From assembly GCA_028278035.1 (NCBI GenBank), contig JANQFC010000077.1, forward strand, positions 73,323 through 137,322: a DNA stretch of 64,000 nt. The letters run 5' to 3'. The stretch is from Chlamydiales bacterium (GTDB lineage: Bacteria; Chlamydiota; Chlamydiia; Chlamydiales; SM23-39). The notes beneath the pieces are model-generated. The model saw only the letters and a list, made by a program, of their open reading frames with translations. It did no database searches and was not told the origin of the DNA. This document shows positions 1 to 9,139 of this stretch, one piece after another (the stretch's first letter is position 1; every line of letters begins with the position of its first letter). The position numbers and the translations under genes are program-made.

Positions 1-2159
1 GTTTGAAATTCTATTGAGTATTGGGTTTTTTGTGATATTTTATCCCAAAGTATTTTGAAATCAGCATTTAGTTCAATTCTTTTATTGTATCTAATTTTTT
101 GACGGTTACGAGCATCTTTAACAAATTCACGAGGCAGAAATTTTTTCATTCGATTAATAATAGCTTCATCCATATTTATAAAATTGTCCGGTAGATTTAA
201 AGAAAAACCTGGATGATCGGGTTTAAAATTTTGTGTAAAACTACCTTCTTTATCAATAAAACCTTGTTTTTGACAATGAACCCATAATTCTTTTGATTCT
301 TCTTGGGAAAGATAATTTGTTCCTGTTGCATTAAGAAGCTGGGTAAAAGCAATTTCTGAAAGACGTCCAAATTTAAATTTTCCACTTGGATCTATCGCTT
401 CTTCAATATCTTTTTGAAGCTCTTTTGCAAAATTCTCAAAAGATTCATCGGCAATTATTGTAAGTTTGTTGATTTGCTCATCATAAATACGTTCTCCTTG
501 TTGATTTACAGGCAAACGTAATCCTCTTCCAATTGTTTGTCGACGTTCTCTAATAGTTCCCATTTCTCGAAGTGAGCATATTTGGAATACATTTGGATTA
601 TCCCACCCTTCTTTTAGAGCTGAGTGGGAAAAAATAAAACGTAAAGGTTCATCAAGATTAAGAAGTCGTTCTTTATCCTTCATAATCAATTCATATGTTT
701 CTTCATCCCTAGCTGTTTTACCAGAAGTGTCCAATTCTTCAATAATTTTCCCTTTCTTTTTATCAGCTGAAAAATATCCTCCATGCACCTCATTTGCTGC
801 ATGAGGTATCACATCTTTATATGTTGTCATATTGCTAAGTTCATTGTAGATTTCTTCAAACCATATAGCCAGCTTTCCCTTTTGAGGGTTGCCATTTTCA
901 TCATATCCTCGATAACTTTTTACATGATCGATAAAAAAGAGAGAAAGCACTTTAATACCTTTCTCTTTGAACTTTTTTTCTTTAATGAAATGTTCTTTAA
1001 TTACTTGTCGTAACTGGCTTTTCATTCGATCATCTCTGATTCCATCAGTATCTTGTTCAAGCTTTAAAATAATACCATTTTGAAATTCAATATATTCATT
1101 ACCGGGTTCTGCATTAATATTAATTACTAAATATCCTTCATAATCAGATCTTTGTGTTTGTTGAGCTAGATCAGTTCCATGTTTAATTTTAATCTGTTTT
1201 TCTCGTGGACCATTTATGGAATTTTCAAAAATAGTTACCTTTGCTTGAGGACTTTTTGAGCTTTTAGGCCAATATCCAACAGCATCTAAGCTTATTAAGG
1301 TTTTATTAAAATCACGTGTATTGTTGGAATCAATCACTTCAAGTTGTTTTACAATTCGCATATCATAAGCTTTTATAGGATCTAGATAATATAACAGATT
1401 ATAAGGATTTATATGCGTAGCTGAATATCTCAAAGCAAAAAGCGGGTTTAAATCATTTATAGCTTTTTGTGATTTAGGAGTATTGTCTACACTCTGAGGT
1501 TCATCAATTATTACTATTGGTCTAGTTGTTTGAACATATTCGGCAGGAGTCCTTCCGGATAATTTATCTTGTTGTTGATGGAAAATATTAACTTCTTTTT
1601 GAAATGCTTGAATATTTATGATCATAATCTGAATTTCATTATTTCTTGCAAATTGCCGTACTTTATTAAGATCTTTAGATAAATATACAAAATCATCATA
1701 AGGAATATTGTCATAAAGATTTCTAAAATGTTCTTTCATCACCTTTAAAGAAGAAATAACCCCTTCTCGAATAGCTATTGAAGGGACAACAATGATAAAT
1801 TTTTTGAATCCATATATTTTATTAAGTTCAAAAATTGTACGCAAATAAACATATGTTTTTCCTGTGCCGGTTTCCATTTCGATTGAAAAATTAGGAAAGG
1901 AGTAGAAAGAGTCATATTCAATTAATGATTGTGATTTAGGTATGTTATTTTTGATTTGAATCGAATGGAGATTTTTTAGTACTTGTTCATCAGGAAGAGT
2001 GTGGTTATTTCCTATACCTAATTCATTTATAAAATGGTCTTTTATTTGGCTAAATTCTATCTTGAAATCATCCTGATGAGGCAATCCTTCAAATAAATCA
2101 GTTGTGCTTTTTATAGCTCCAAGCTGATATTCAAGATTTGAATCAAATTTTAGTTTCAT
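1..2159 (-). CDS. res: Type III restriction enzyme Res subunit (helicase-nuclease), partial; the 3' end lies beyond the window edge
   Basis: It is absent from the ORF track because its stop lies left of position 1. I translated the minus strand from ATG 2159-2157, and the frame stays open to position 1 (about 719 codons). Motifs are METGTGKTYVY (helicase I), IIDEPQS (II), SHSALKEGWDNPNVF and QTIGRGLRLP (VI). The ATG lies 4 nt after the mod stop. Confidence 0.85.
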   Translation of the reverse strand, partial: MKLKFDSNLEYQLGAIKSTTDLFEGLPHQDDFKIEFSQIKDHFINELGIGNNHTLPDEQVLKNLHSIQIKNNIPKSQSLIEYDSFYSFPNFSIEMETGTGKTYVYLRTIFELNKIYGFKKFIIVVPSIAIREGVISSLKVMKEHFRNLYDNIPYDDFVYLSKDLNKVRQFARNNEIQIMIINIQAFQKEVNIFHQQQDKLSGRTPAEYVQTTRPIVIIDEPQSVDNTPKSQKAINDLNPLFALRYSATHINPYNLLYYLDPIKAYDMRIVKQLEVIDSNNTRDFNKTLISLDAVGYWPKSSKSPQAKVTIFENSINGPREKQIKIKHGTDLAQQTQRSDYEGYLVININAEPGNEYIEFQNGIILKLEQDTDGIRDDRMKSQLRQVIKEHFIKEKKFKEKGIKVLSLFFIDHVKSYRGYDENGNPQKGKLAIWFEEIYNELSNMTTYKDVIPHAANEVHGGYFSADKKKGKIIEELDTSGKTARDEETYELIMKDKERLLNLDEPLRFIFSHSALKEGWDNPNVFQICSLREMGTIRERRQTIGRGLRLPVNQQGERIYDEQINKLTIIADESFENFAKELQKDIEEAIDPSGKFKFGRLSEIAFTQLLNATGTNYLSQEESKELWVHCQKQGFIDKEGSFTQNFKPDHPGFSLNLPDNFINMDEAIINRMKKFLPREFVKDARNRQKIRYNKRIELNADFKILWDKISQKTQYSIEFQ

Positions 2160-2163
2160 GGTT

Positions 2164-4092
2164 TTATATAGTTTTGAATTCAATTTGGTTATGTTTTTCT
2201 CGACTCATGTTGTAATCTTTAATAGTTTGAACAATATTTATTTTAAATTGATCATCACTTCCAAAAGCAGAATCTAAACAAATAAATTGAATAGGCTCAG
2301 CTTTGATTACTTCATGAATTAATTCTTTTGTTATTTTCTTTGCCAAACATATAAGAAGATTTCCTTCTGCTATAGAGAATACAGAGGTGTTTGCTAAATG
2401 AATAGTTTCTATTTTTTCTGTTGGCGTAAAACCAGCTTTTATAAGAATTTCATATAATAAATCTTCTTGGGTAGCATCTAGATTAATGTGATCAATATAT
2501 AGATCGAGGTGTTCTGCAATTTTTTCTGAAGGAGTATCTGATGAAAGTTTTTGCCATTGTTTAAAGTTAGATTTATCGAGTTTAAGAACTTTGAAGCCTA
2601 GGTCTTGATTTGATTCAGTAAAATTAAGAGAATCTTCCTTTTCTTTATTAATTTTATTTATAACTCGACGAATACGTTCTTTTCCAATATCGGCTATTGT
2701 TTTATAACCTGCTTTGAAAGCTTCGCTATCTTCAGCACATGGTTCTGGAAGTTGGACTAAGATGAATTTATTGTTACTTCCATTTTTTTCATTAAGATCT
2801 AGAATTGCATGAGCAGTTGTTGCAGATCCACAAAAAAAGTCTAAAACAATATCATTTTTGGTTAAGGCTTGCTCAATAAATATTTTTATAAATGTTGAAG
2901 GCTTAGGAAATTTTAGAGTTTCATTGTTCATTAATTCTCTTAATTCCTTGGTTCCTTTTGAAGTATAATCCGTATTAATCATAGAGGAAAATCCAGTAAA
3001 AGAGTTTAATAATTCATTTAAGTATCTTTTAAATCTAGGCTTTGAATGAGGATTCTTAGGCCATAAAATTCTCTTTTCTTGAAGTAACTTTTCAAATTTA
3101 GATTTTTGAAATCTCCAACCGTTCTCAGGAGATGGCTCATAATTTAATCCTGTTTTTGGATTAGTTATTGTATAATGTAAGTTAGGCCTTTTATCCTTTG
3201 CTGCGACTCCATCCATGGGTGAACTCATCCAATCGCCTCTGGGATCATTATCAGGATTTATATATTTATCTTTATTAATTTCTTTACCTCTAATTCTAAC
3301 TCCTAATTTTTTCGAATAACAAAGTACATACTCATGATCATTAGACACTCCTGTTAAGGAACGACTGTCAACATTTTGACGACTATGCCAGATCATTTGG
3401 GACATAAAATTATCTTCTCCAAAAATCTCATCACATATCTTTCTTAAATTACTTACTTCATTATCATCAATTGAGATAAAAATAACCCCATCATCCTTTA
3501 GCAAATTCCTTGCTAAGTACAACCTTGGGTACATCATGTTTAACCATTTAGTATGAAAACGACCTTCATTAGCAGTATTAGTACTAAATTTCTTCCCATC
3601 TTCATCAGCTAAGCCGGCATATTTTAAATAAGTTTCAAGTGATTCACTAAAGTTGTCTGGATAGATAAATTCTTTTCCTGTATTGTATGGAGGATCTATA
3701 TAGATCATTTTTACTTTGCCATAATAACTTTTTTGTAAAAGCTTTAAAACTTCTAGATTTTCCCCTTCTATAAAAAGATTTGCAGTTGTGTCGAAATTAA
3801 CTGATTCTTCTTTACAAGGTTTAAGAGTAGCTGTGCTTGGAGTTTGTATTAATCTTAGAGATTCTTTTTTACCCGGCCAATCCATATTATAGCGTTCTCT
3901 TCGATTTTCAAAAGCTTCTGAAAAGACTCCTAGCTCGGCTTTTAGTTTTTCAAAATCAATACTTTCTACAAGCTCACCATCTTCATTTTTGGATTCTGTA
4001 AAAACTGAAGGAAAAAGAGATCTAAGTTGGTTCTTTTTTTCAACAGTAATATTAAGCGAAGTCCCATCTAATTTTTCGATAGTAGTTTCCAT
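2164..4092 (-). CDS. mod: Type III R-M Mod subunit, beta-class N6-adenine DNA methyltransferase
   Basis: 642 aa. Motif IV (IYIDPPYNTG) precedes motif I (DFFCGSATTAHA), with a variable region between them, which is the type III Mod order. SD AAGGAG lies upstream of the ATG. Confidence 0.85.
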   Translation of the reverse strand: METTIEKLDGTSLNITVEKKNQLRSLFPSVFTESKNEDGELVESIDFEKLKAELGVFSEAFENRRERYNMDWPGKKESLRLIQTPSTATLKPCKEESVNFDTTANLFIEGENLEVLKLLQKSYYGKVKMIYIDPPYNTGKEFIYPDNFSESLETYLKYAGLADEDGKKFSTNTANEGRFHTKWLNMMYPRLYLARNLLKDDGVIFISIDDNEVSNLRKICDEIFGEDNFMSQMIWHSRQNVDSRSLTGVSNDHEYVLCYSKKLGVRIRGKEINKDKYINPDNDPRGDWMSSPMDGVAAKDKRPNLHYTITNPKTGLNYEPSPENGWRFQKSKFEKLLQEKRILWPKNPHSKPRFKRYLNELLNSFTGFSSMINTDYTSKGTKELRELMNNETLKFPKPSTFIKIFIEQALTKNDIVLDFFCGSATTAHAILDLNEKNGSNNKFILVQLPEPCAEDSEAFKAGYKTIADIGKERIRRVINKINKEKEDSLNFTESNQDLGFKVLKLDKSNFKQWQKLSSDTPSEKIAEHLDLYIDHINLDATQEDLLYEILIKAGFTPTEKIETIHLANTSVFSIAEGNLLICLAKKITKELIHEVIKAEPIQFICLDSAFGSDDQFKINIVQTIKDYNMSREKHNQIEFKTI

Positions 4093-4117
4093 CTTTTTTT
4101 CTCCTTGGAAGTTAATG

Positions 4118-7048
4118 TTAAATTATTTTCCATTTAATTGTAAAAAGAGTTTCCTTTTCTATCTTTTGTTTCAACTGCTTTTCAACATTTTCTAATAATT
4201 TATCTTTTTGTTTTTCTATGTTTTTTGTTGCTTCATCGTATTCTTTCCACGCAATATTATATTTTGTTTCTAAATCTCGGATCTGTTTTTGTATTTTTAA
4301 TTTTTCAGGTAAGTTAATTCCTGAACGAGCCTCTTTTTTTAATGCTTTTATTTGATGATCAAGTTCTTTTAATAAAGTCTTTTGACTTTGTTTTTTATCT
4401 CCTGCCCAATTGTCAAGTTTATTCATTTCATCATCGAAAAACTTTCCGTTTTTTTCTTCGATTTTAGAAAGAAGAGTTGATACATAATTTTGTTCTAGTA
4501 GCACAAGTTTCTGGTGATATTCTTCGGTTGCTTCCCATGGTGAAATAAATGTTGAGGGAAGTTGAAATATTTTTTTTATAATTTCCTGATCAATAGGGTT
4601 CTCATTTTCATCTATTGCTGAAAAAATAATCGCATCCTGTATTTCAAAAGCATCTACTGTATACATTGATACTTTTAATGTACCTTTCATTCCAACTAAT
4701 GAAGCTAGAACAGAAATAATTCCCTCACTATTAGAATAATCAAAGACAATTTCAGCGTCAGGACATTTGTGTAATTTGCTTTCAGAGATAATTTTTTGGG
4801 CTAAAGGATGACTGGGACGATATATATGAGCATCTTCAATATTTTTACCTATTTTGTAAGGGCCTGGATCTATCTGTTCATTCGAGAATGGATTGTTTTT
4901 CAGAGTGAATGAATATAAGTTATCTGAGAAATCAGCATTATCTTTCAAATAATATTGAGTAATTTTCCATAGCCAATTTTCATAGGTGTTTAAAAACAAA
5001 CGGCTATTTTTTTCATTAAATTTTAATTTTTCATGAACTTCGGTATCAAAATTTTCTAATAGTTTTTGGCGTGTATCGGATAAATTATTTTTAATCTTTT
5101 CATCCATCTCTTTTTGTAGCTCATCGAATGCTTTATTGATTTCTTCAGTTGTACGGCATGTATCATAAATTGAAGCAATTCTCTTTTCAAAGTCTACGCC
5201 CGATTCAATTGAGCCTAGAATTTCATCGCTAGCTCCAAAAACGCCTTTAAATAAGTTAAACTTTTGATCTAATAATTCATAAATTCGCTGATCTGCAGCA
5301 TTTTTACGATTTACAAAGTTTATTACCACTACATCATGTTTTTGTCCATAACGATGGCAGCGCCCAATTCTTTGCTCTATTCTTTGTGGATTCCAAGGTA
5401 AATCATAATTTACTAGTAAAGAGCAAAACTGCAAATTTACACCTTCAGCTGCAGCTTCCGTTGCAATCATAATTTCGGCGTAATTTTTGAAATAATCTAC
5501 TAAAGCAGCTCTTGTATCTGCTGTTTTGGAGCCTGTAATTTTGTCGGTGTTTTGATTTTTTTTAAGCCATTCATTATAAATTTGTTTTGTAGTTTGATTA
5601 TTATTCGAACCATTGAATAGTAAGGTTTTATCTTTGTAACCATGCTCAGCAAGTAGTTCTAAAAGATACTTTTGTGTAATTGTAGATTCTGTAAATATAA
5701 TAGCTTTTTTATTGGCTCCAAGTTCTTGAGCCATTTCAAAACCCTTTTTAAGAGCTATTATTAAAGCTTCTCCTTTAGAATTTTTCCAAATACTTTTTGC
5801 TAGATTACAAAGTTTTTCAAGATCATTTTTTTCTTTTTTAATTAGTTCTATATCTTCTTTAGAATAAATTATTTCCTCATTTATATCATTTTCATTTTCT
5901 TCATTATTCCATTCTTCTTTTAAATCAGATAGATTTTCATAGTCTTGTTCTAGATTTTCCAATCCCAAATCTCTCATATTTCTTTGTCGCTCATCTTTTA
6001 CGAGAATGTTTTGGAGTTTATTTGATAAATTGCTAAGAGTATTTGCAATAGCAAAAGATGAAGAAGCTAATAGTTTACGTAAAACAAGAGATATTAGTTG
6101 CCGTTGACTTGCAGGCAAGGCAAAAAGTTTATCTCGACGTAGATATTCAGACATTCCATTATATAGGTCTATCTCTTGCTCAGAAGGTGTATAGTCTTCT
6201 GTTAAAGCTAATCTTTTTGTAAATTTTATATATTCTAAAACTTGACGTCTTAAAGTGCGGGAACATAAGGATTTTAATCTATTTTTTAAATTTGAAAATA
6301 ATTGATTTTTAGGGTTGTTTTCATCAGTAGAATAATCGTTAACATCTTGTTCTAATGATACGCGAGAATAATTTGATTTAAAGCTTGTTAAATCACCAAA
6401 TACGTGTTCATCAATAATATTAACAAGGCCAAATAGTTCAAGTAATGAATTTTGAAGAGGTGTTGCGGTCAATAATACTTTTGAAACGTCTAGTAAAGCA
6501 TCTTTTATTTCTTTAGCTATTTTATTTCCAGATTTATATATATTTCGAAGGTGATGAGCTTCATCGATAATAGCTACATCCCATTTTGTTTGTTTAATAT
6601 ATGCAGCTTTTGTTTTTGCAAAATTATAAGAACAAATAATTACGGCTTCGTTCTGATCAAATGGATTTAAATTTCCATTTTTTATAGCTTCATTAAATGA
6701 TTTTGTCTCTAAAATTATAGAAGGAAGAAAAAATTTTTCTTGTAATTCATCGTTCCATTGTTTACGCAAACTTGCGGGTACTATAAGTAATATTTTTCTT
6801 TTTCTTTCTGCCCATTTTTGCGATAGAATTAATCCGGCTTCTATAGTTTTTCCTAGCCCGACCTCATCCGCTAATATTACTCCTTTCGAAAGAGGAGAGC
6901 GAAAGGCAAAAAGAGCAGCTTCAATTTGATGAGGATTTAGATCAACCTGAGCATTAGAAAGGGTTGCGGATAATTTTTCCAAATTATCTGAAGCGCATCT
7001 CTTGGTAAGCTCATAAGCAAAATATTTAGCATGATAATCAGAAGTCAT
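4118..7048 (-). CDS. SNF2-family DEAH helicase/translocase with a long uncharacterised C-terminal region
   Basis: 976 aa. Motifs are LADEVGLGKTIEAG (I), IIDEAHHLRN (II), LLLTATPLQNS (III) and NYDLPWNPQRIEQRIGRCHRYGQ (V-VI). It is the first gene of the SNF2-mod-res operon, with 25 nt before mod. Confidence 0.85.
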   Translation of the reverse strand: MTSDYHAKYFAYELTKRCASDNLEKLSATLSNAQVDLNPHQIEAALFAFRSPLSKGVILADEVGLGKTIEAGLILSQKWAERKRKILLIVPASLRKQWNDELQEKFFLPSIILETKSFNEAIKNGNLNPFDQNEAVIICSYNFAKTKAAYIKQTKWDVAIIDEAHHLRNIYKSGNKIAKEIKDALLDVSKVLLTATPLQNSLLELFGLVNIIDEHVFGDLTSFKSNYSRVSLEQDVNDYSTDENNPKNQLFSNLKNRLKSLCSRTLRRQVLEYIKFTKRLALTEDYTPSEQEIDLYNGMSEYLRRDKLFALPASQRQLISLVLRKLLASSSFAIANTLSNLSNKLQNILVKDERQRNMRDLGLENLEQDYENLSDLKEEWNNEENENDINEEIIYSKEDIELIKKEKNDLEKLCNLAKSIWKNSKGEALIIALKKGFEMAQELGANKKAIIFTESTITQKYLLELLAEHGYKDKTLLFNGSNNNQTTKQIYNEWLKKNQNTDKITGSKTADTRAALVDYFKNYAEIMIATEAAAEGVNLQFCSLLVNYDLPWNPQRIEQRIGRCHRYGQKHDVVVINFVNRKNAADQRIYELLDQKFNLFKGVFGASDEILGSIESGVDFEKRIASIYDTCRTTEEINKAFDELQKEMDEKIKNNLSDTRQKLLENFDTEVHEKLKFNEKNSRLFLNTYENWLWKITQYYLKDNADFSDNLYSFTLKNNPFSNEQIDPGPYKIGKNIEDAHIYRPSHPLAQKIISESKLHKCPDAEIVFDYSNSEGIISVLASLVGMKGTLKVSMYTVDAFEIQDAIIFSAIDENENPIDQEIIKKIFQLPSTFISPWEATEEYHQKLVLLEQNYVSTLLSKIEEKNGKFFDDEMNKLDNWAGDKKQSQKTLLKELDHQIKALKKEARSGINLPEKLKIQKQIRDLETKYNIAWKEYDEATKNIEKQKDKLLENVEKQLKQKIEKETLFTIKWKII

Positions 7049-7231
7049 TATAATCCCTTAAAAATTTTTTAATGAGTAATTATTTCATTCAACGAATAAT
7101 ATTATATCAGAATTAATTTGCAATTAAAACTAAACTAATTATTTACTATTAATTTATATGAATATTAATTTTAATAATTAATTAAATCCTTTTTTTGTTA
7201 AAATAGTTTCATATTAGAAAAGGAGAATACT

Positions 7232-8011
7232 GTGGCTAAAACAAAAATATTATTTAATTCTAATTCCTCCGAACCTATGCCTCTGAGCAGGTCAAAAATA
7301 GATCTTTTCCTTCAATGCCCTAAATGCTTTTATTTAGATAGAAAGTTAGGGATATCTCAACCTTCCGGAGCTCCTTTTACACTAAATAATGCTGTTGATG
7401 CATTATTAAAAAAAGAATTTGATATTTATAGACAAAACAAATCTTTACACCCTTTTCAAATTAAAAATAATATTGATGCTATTCCTTTTGATCACCCTGA
7501 AATTGAAATATGGAGAAATCAGAAAAAAGGCGGAGTAAGTTATTTGCATGAACAAACAAATTTTTTAATATATGGTGCAATAGATGATGTCTGGATCCAA
7601 CCAAATGGAGAGCTTATAATTGTCGATTATAAAGCAAAAGCCTCCAAAGACGATCCAAGTACTTTTTTAAAACCTAAGACTAAAAAAGACGGCGAAATAA
7701 TTAAAACTGAGAAATATAAAATTAGTTATAAAAAACAATTAGAAATTTATCAGTGGAGCTTTAGAAAAAAAGGTTTCAAAGTTTCCAATACAGCCTATTT
7801 TATTTTTGCTAATGCTAAAAAAGATGAAGATTCATTTAATGATCAATTAATTTTTGAAAAAAGTCTTATTCCCTATGAAGGTAATGATGATTGGGTTGAA
7901 TCGACAATTATGGCAATTCATGAGTGTTTATCACAGGATACTCTGCCTGCCGCTGCTCATGATTGTGATTATTGCAATTATCGAAACAAAATTCATGACC
8001 TGGAGAAATAG
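7232..8011 (+). CDS. Cas4-like PD-(D/E)XK nuclease with a putative 4-Cys Fe-S cluster
   Basis: 259 aa with a GTG start behind SD AAGGAG. Nuclease motifs are GAIDDVW, IIVDYKAK and QLEIYQW. Cysteines sit at CPKC (N-terminus) and CDYC (C-terminus). It is transcribed divergently from the SNF2 gene. Confidence 0.65.
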   Translation: MAKTKILFNSNSSEPMPLSRSKIDLFLQCPKCFYLDRKLGISQPSGAPFTLNNAVDALLKKEFDIYRQNKSLHPFQIKNNIDAIPFDHPEIEIWRNQKKGGVSYLHEQTNFLIYGAIDDVWIQPNGELIIVDYKAKASKDDPSTFLKPKTKKDGEIIKTEKYKISYKKQLEIYQWSFRKKGFKVSNTAYFIFANAKKDEDSFNDQLIFEKSLIPYEGNDDWVESTIMAIHECLSQDTLPAAAHDCDYCNYRNKIHDLEK

Positions 8012-8576
8012 TAGCTAATTTTTCTCGAAAATCAACTTCAGGAAACTTAACAAGCTTAAAACACTTCAATCTTGAGTAAAATCTATCACCAAATTTATTA
8101 CGAAGATCCCTAATAGAACAATTAGTCGAAACCACAGTGAGCCTGTTCTGAGTGTATCTTACATTGAAAATTTCCAAATATTGGCGTTGAACTCTGTCAC
8201 TTGAACTTTCTACACCAAGATCATCTAAAATAAAAAGAGTACTTTCAGAACACATTTTGATAATGCTATCGGCATCACGATCACTCTTTCCCATAGAAGC
8301 ACTTAAGAGTTGATAATCTAATTGAGCACTTATTTTAAAAATAATGAAAGGATAAGGTTGTAATTGCCCCCAAAACTCTCTTAATAGTGCAATTGAAAAG
8401 AATGTCTTCCCACACCCAGGTCTTCCTTGCAGGATTAAGGAGGTTTTATTTCTGCTTGTAAGCCATTCTTTCCCCCATGTAACCAAAGTTGGGTCTAATA
8501 AACATCTATTATCAAAGGAGGCATTGCAATTATCTTTCCCAATTCCTACTTGATTGATAAACTCCTCATATTTCAT
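7908..8576 (-). CDS. DnaC/IstB-like AAA+ ATPase (helicase-loader type)
   Basis: Walker A is GRPGCGKTF, Walker B is LFILDDLG, and there are STNCS and FYSRL elements. I prefer ATG 8576, with SD AAGGA 9 nt upstream, over the track's TTG 8597. The C-terminal ~35 aa run antisense through the end of the Cas4-like gene. Confidence 0.75.
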   Translation of the reverse strand: MKYEEFINQVGIGKDNCNASFDNRCLLDPTLVTWGKEWLTSRNKTSLILQGRPGCGKTFFSIALLREFWGQLQPYPFIIFKISAQLDYQLLSASMGKSDRDADSIIKMCSESTLFILDDLGVESSSDRVQRQYLEIFNVRYTQNRLTVVSTNCSIRDLRNKFGDRFYSRLKCFKLVKFPEVDFREKLATISPGHEFCFDNCNNHNHEQRQAEYPVINTHELP

Positions 8577-8580
8577 AAAA

Positions 8581-9078
8581 CTAATCCTTAATTGCAAAAT
8601 TTATAATGTTTGCTATAGGAAAATCCAAATCCTCACACAATTTTGTATTTTCTTTTGTTCTTAAAGATCTTAAATCTTTATTGTGGGTTTTCATTGGGTT
8701 GCCTTTTGGGTTTTGTTGGGGATTTTGCTGGTTAATAGATTCTGAAAATTGAACTATTATCCATCTGAAAATGGTAAATCTGTTGGGGGTTTTGTTGGGG
8801 CTCTTTTTAAGCAAACTTGCTTTTTCAAAGTGTTTTACTCTAGTTCGTATCTCATCTTCTGTTAAACCTGTTTCAATAGCACACTGACATCTACCAAAGA
8901 TAAAACTAAATGGACGCAGCATTATCTTCTGATTATCATGAATAACAACTCTCTCATCTCGGTAGCATCGACCAAAAGACCAAACAACAAATGCTGTTGT
9001 TTTAGGATCTTGAAACCATCCAGCTAAGCGAAAATATTTTGGTATCGGATCAAAGAAAAAAGGGATTTCTGAACTCAT
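8581..9078 (-). CDS. Replication-initiator-like winged-helix protein (phage/plasmid DnaD/O-like N-terminus)
   Basis: 165 aa. It has the pattern of a wHTH replication protein (GRCQCAIETGLTEDEIRTRVKHFEKASLL) and sits directly upstream of the DnaC-like gene. The assignment rests on context and pattern only. Confidence 0.45.
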   Translation of the reverse strand: MSSEIPFFFDPIPKYFRLAGWFQDPKTTAFVVWSFGRCYRDERVVIHDNQKIMLRPFSFIFGRCQCAIETGLTEDEIRTRVKHFEKASLLKKSPNKTPNRFTIFRWIIVQFSESINQQNPQQNPKGNPMKTHNKDLRSLRTKENTKLCEDLDFPIANIINFAIKD

Positions 9079-9139
9079 GCTTATAAATCCTTTTATCTAC
9101 CCAACTCTCTCATCAATTGAAAATACCGCTGAACATCAA

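Noticed and set aside
2164-4092. Phase-variable simple-sequence repeats in mod (a phasevarion).
   Set aside because: Only short homopolymers of about 7 A/T were seen, and there are no tetra- or pentanucleotide repeat tracts. These runs are too short to argue for slipped-strand switching in such an AT-rich genome.
1-7048. Classifying the SNF2 + methylase + helicase-nuclease genes as DISARM or BREX.
   Set aside because: No DrmA, DrmB (DUF1998) or PLD gene is visible, and there is no PglZ, BrxC or BrxL. The third gene has type III Res motifs. Part of the locus lies outside the window, so the classification remains open.
8690-8800. A G/T-rich repetitive stretch (GGGTTTTGTTGGGG-like) inside the initiator-like gene.
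   Set aside because: It encodes a low-complexity Gln/Asn/Pro linker (NQQNPQQNPKGNP). It is not an array of iterons or a CRISPR-like repeat.
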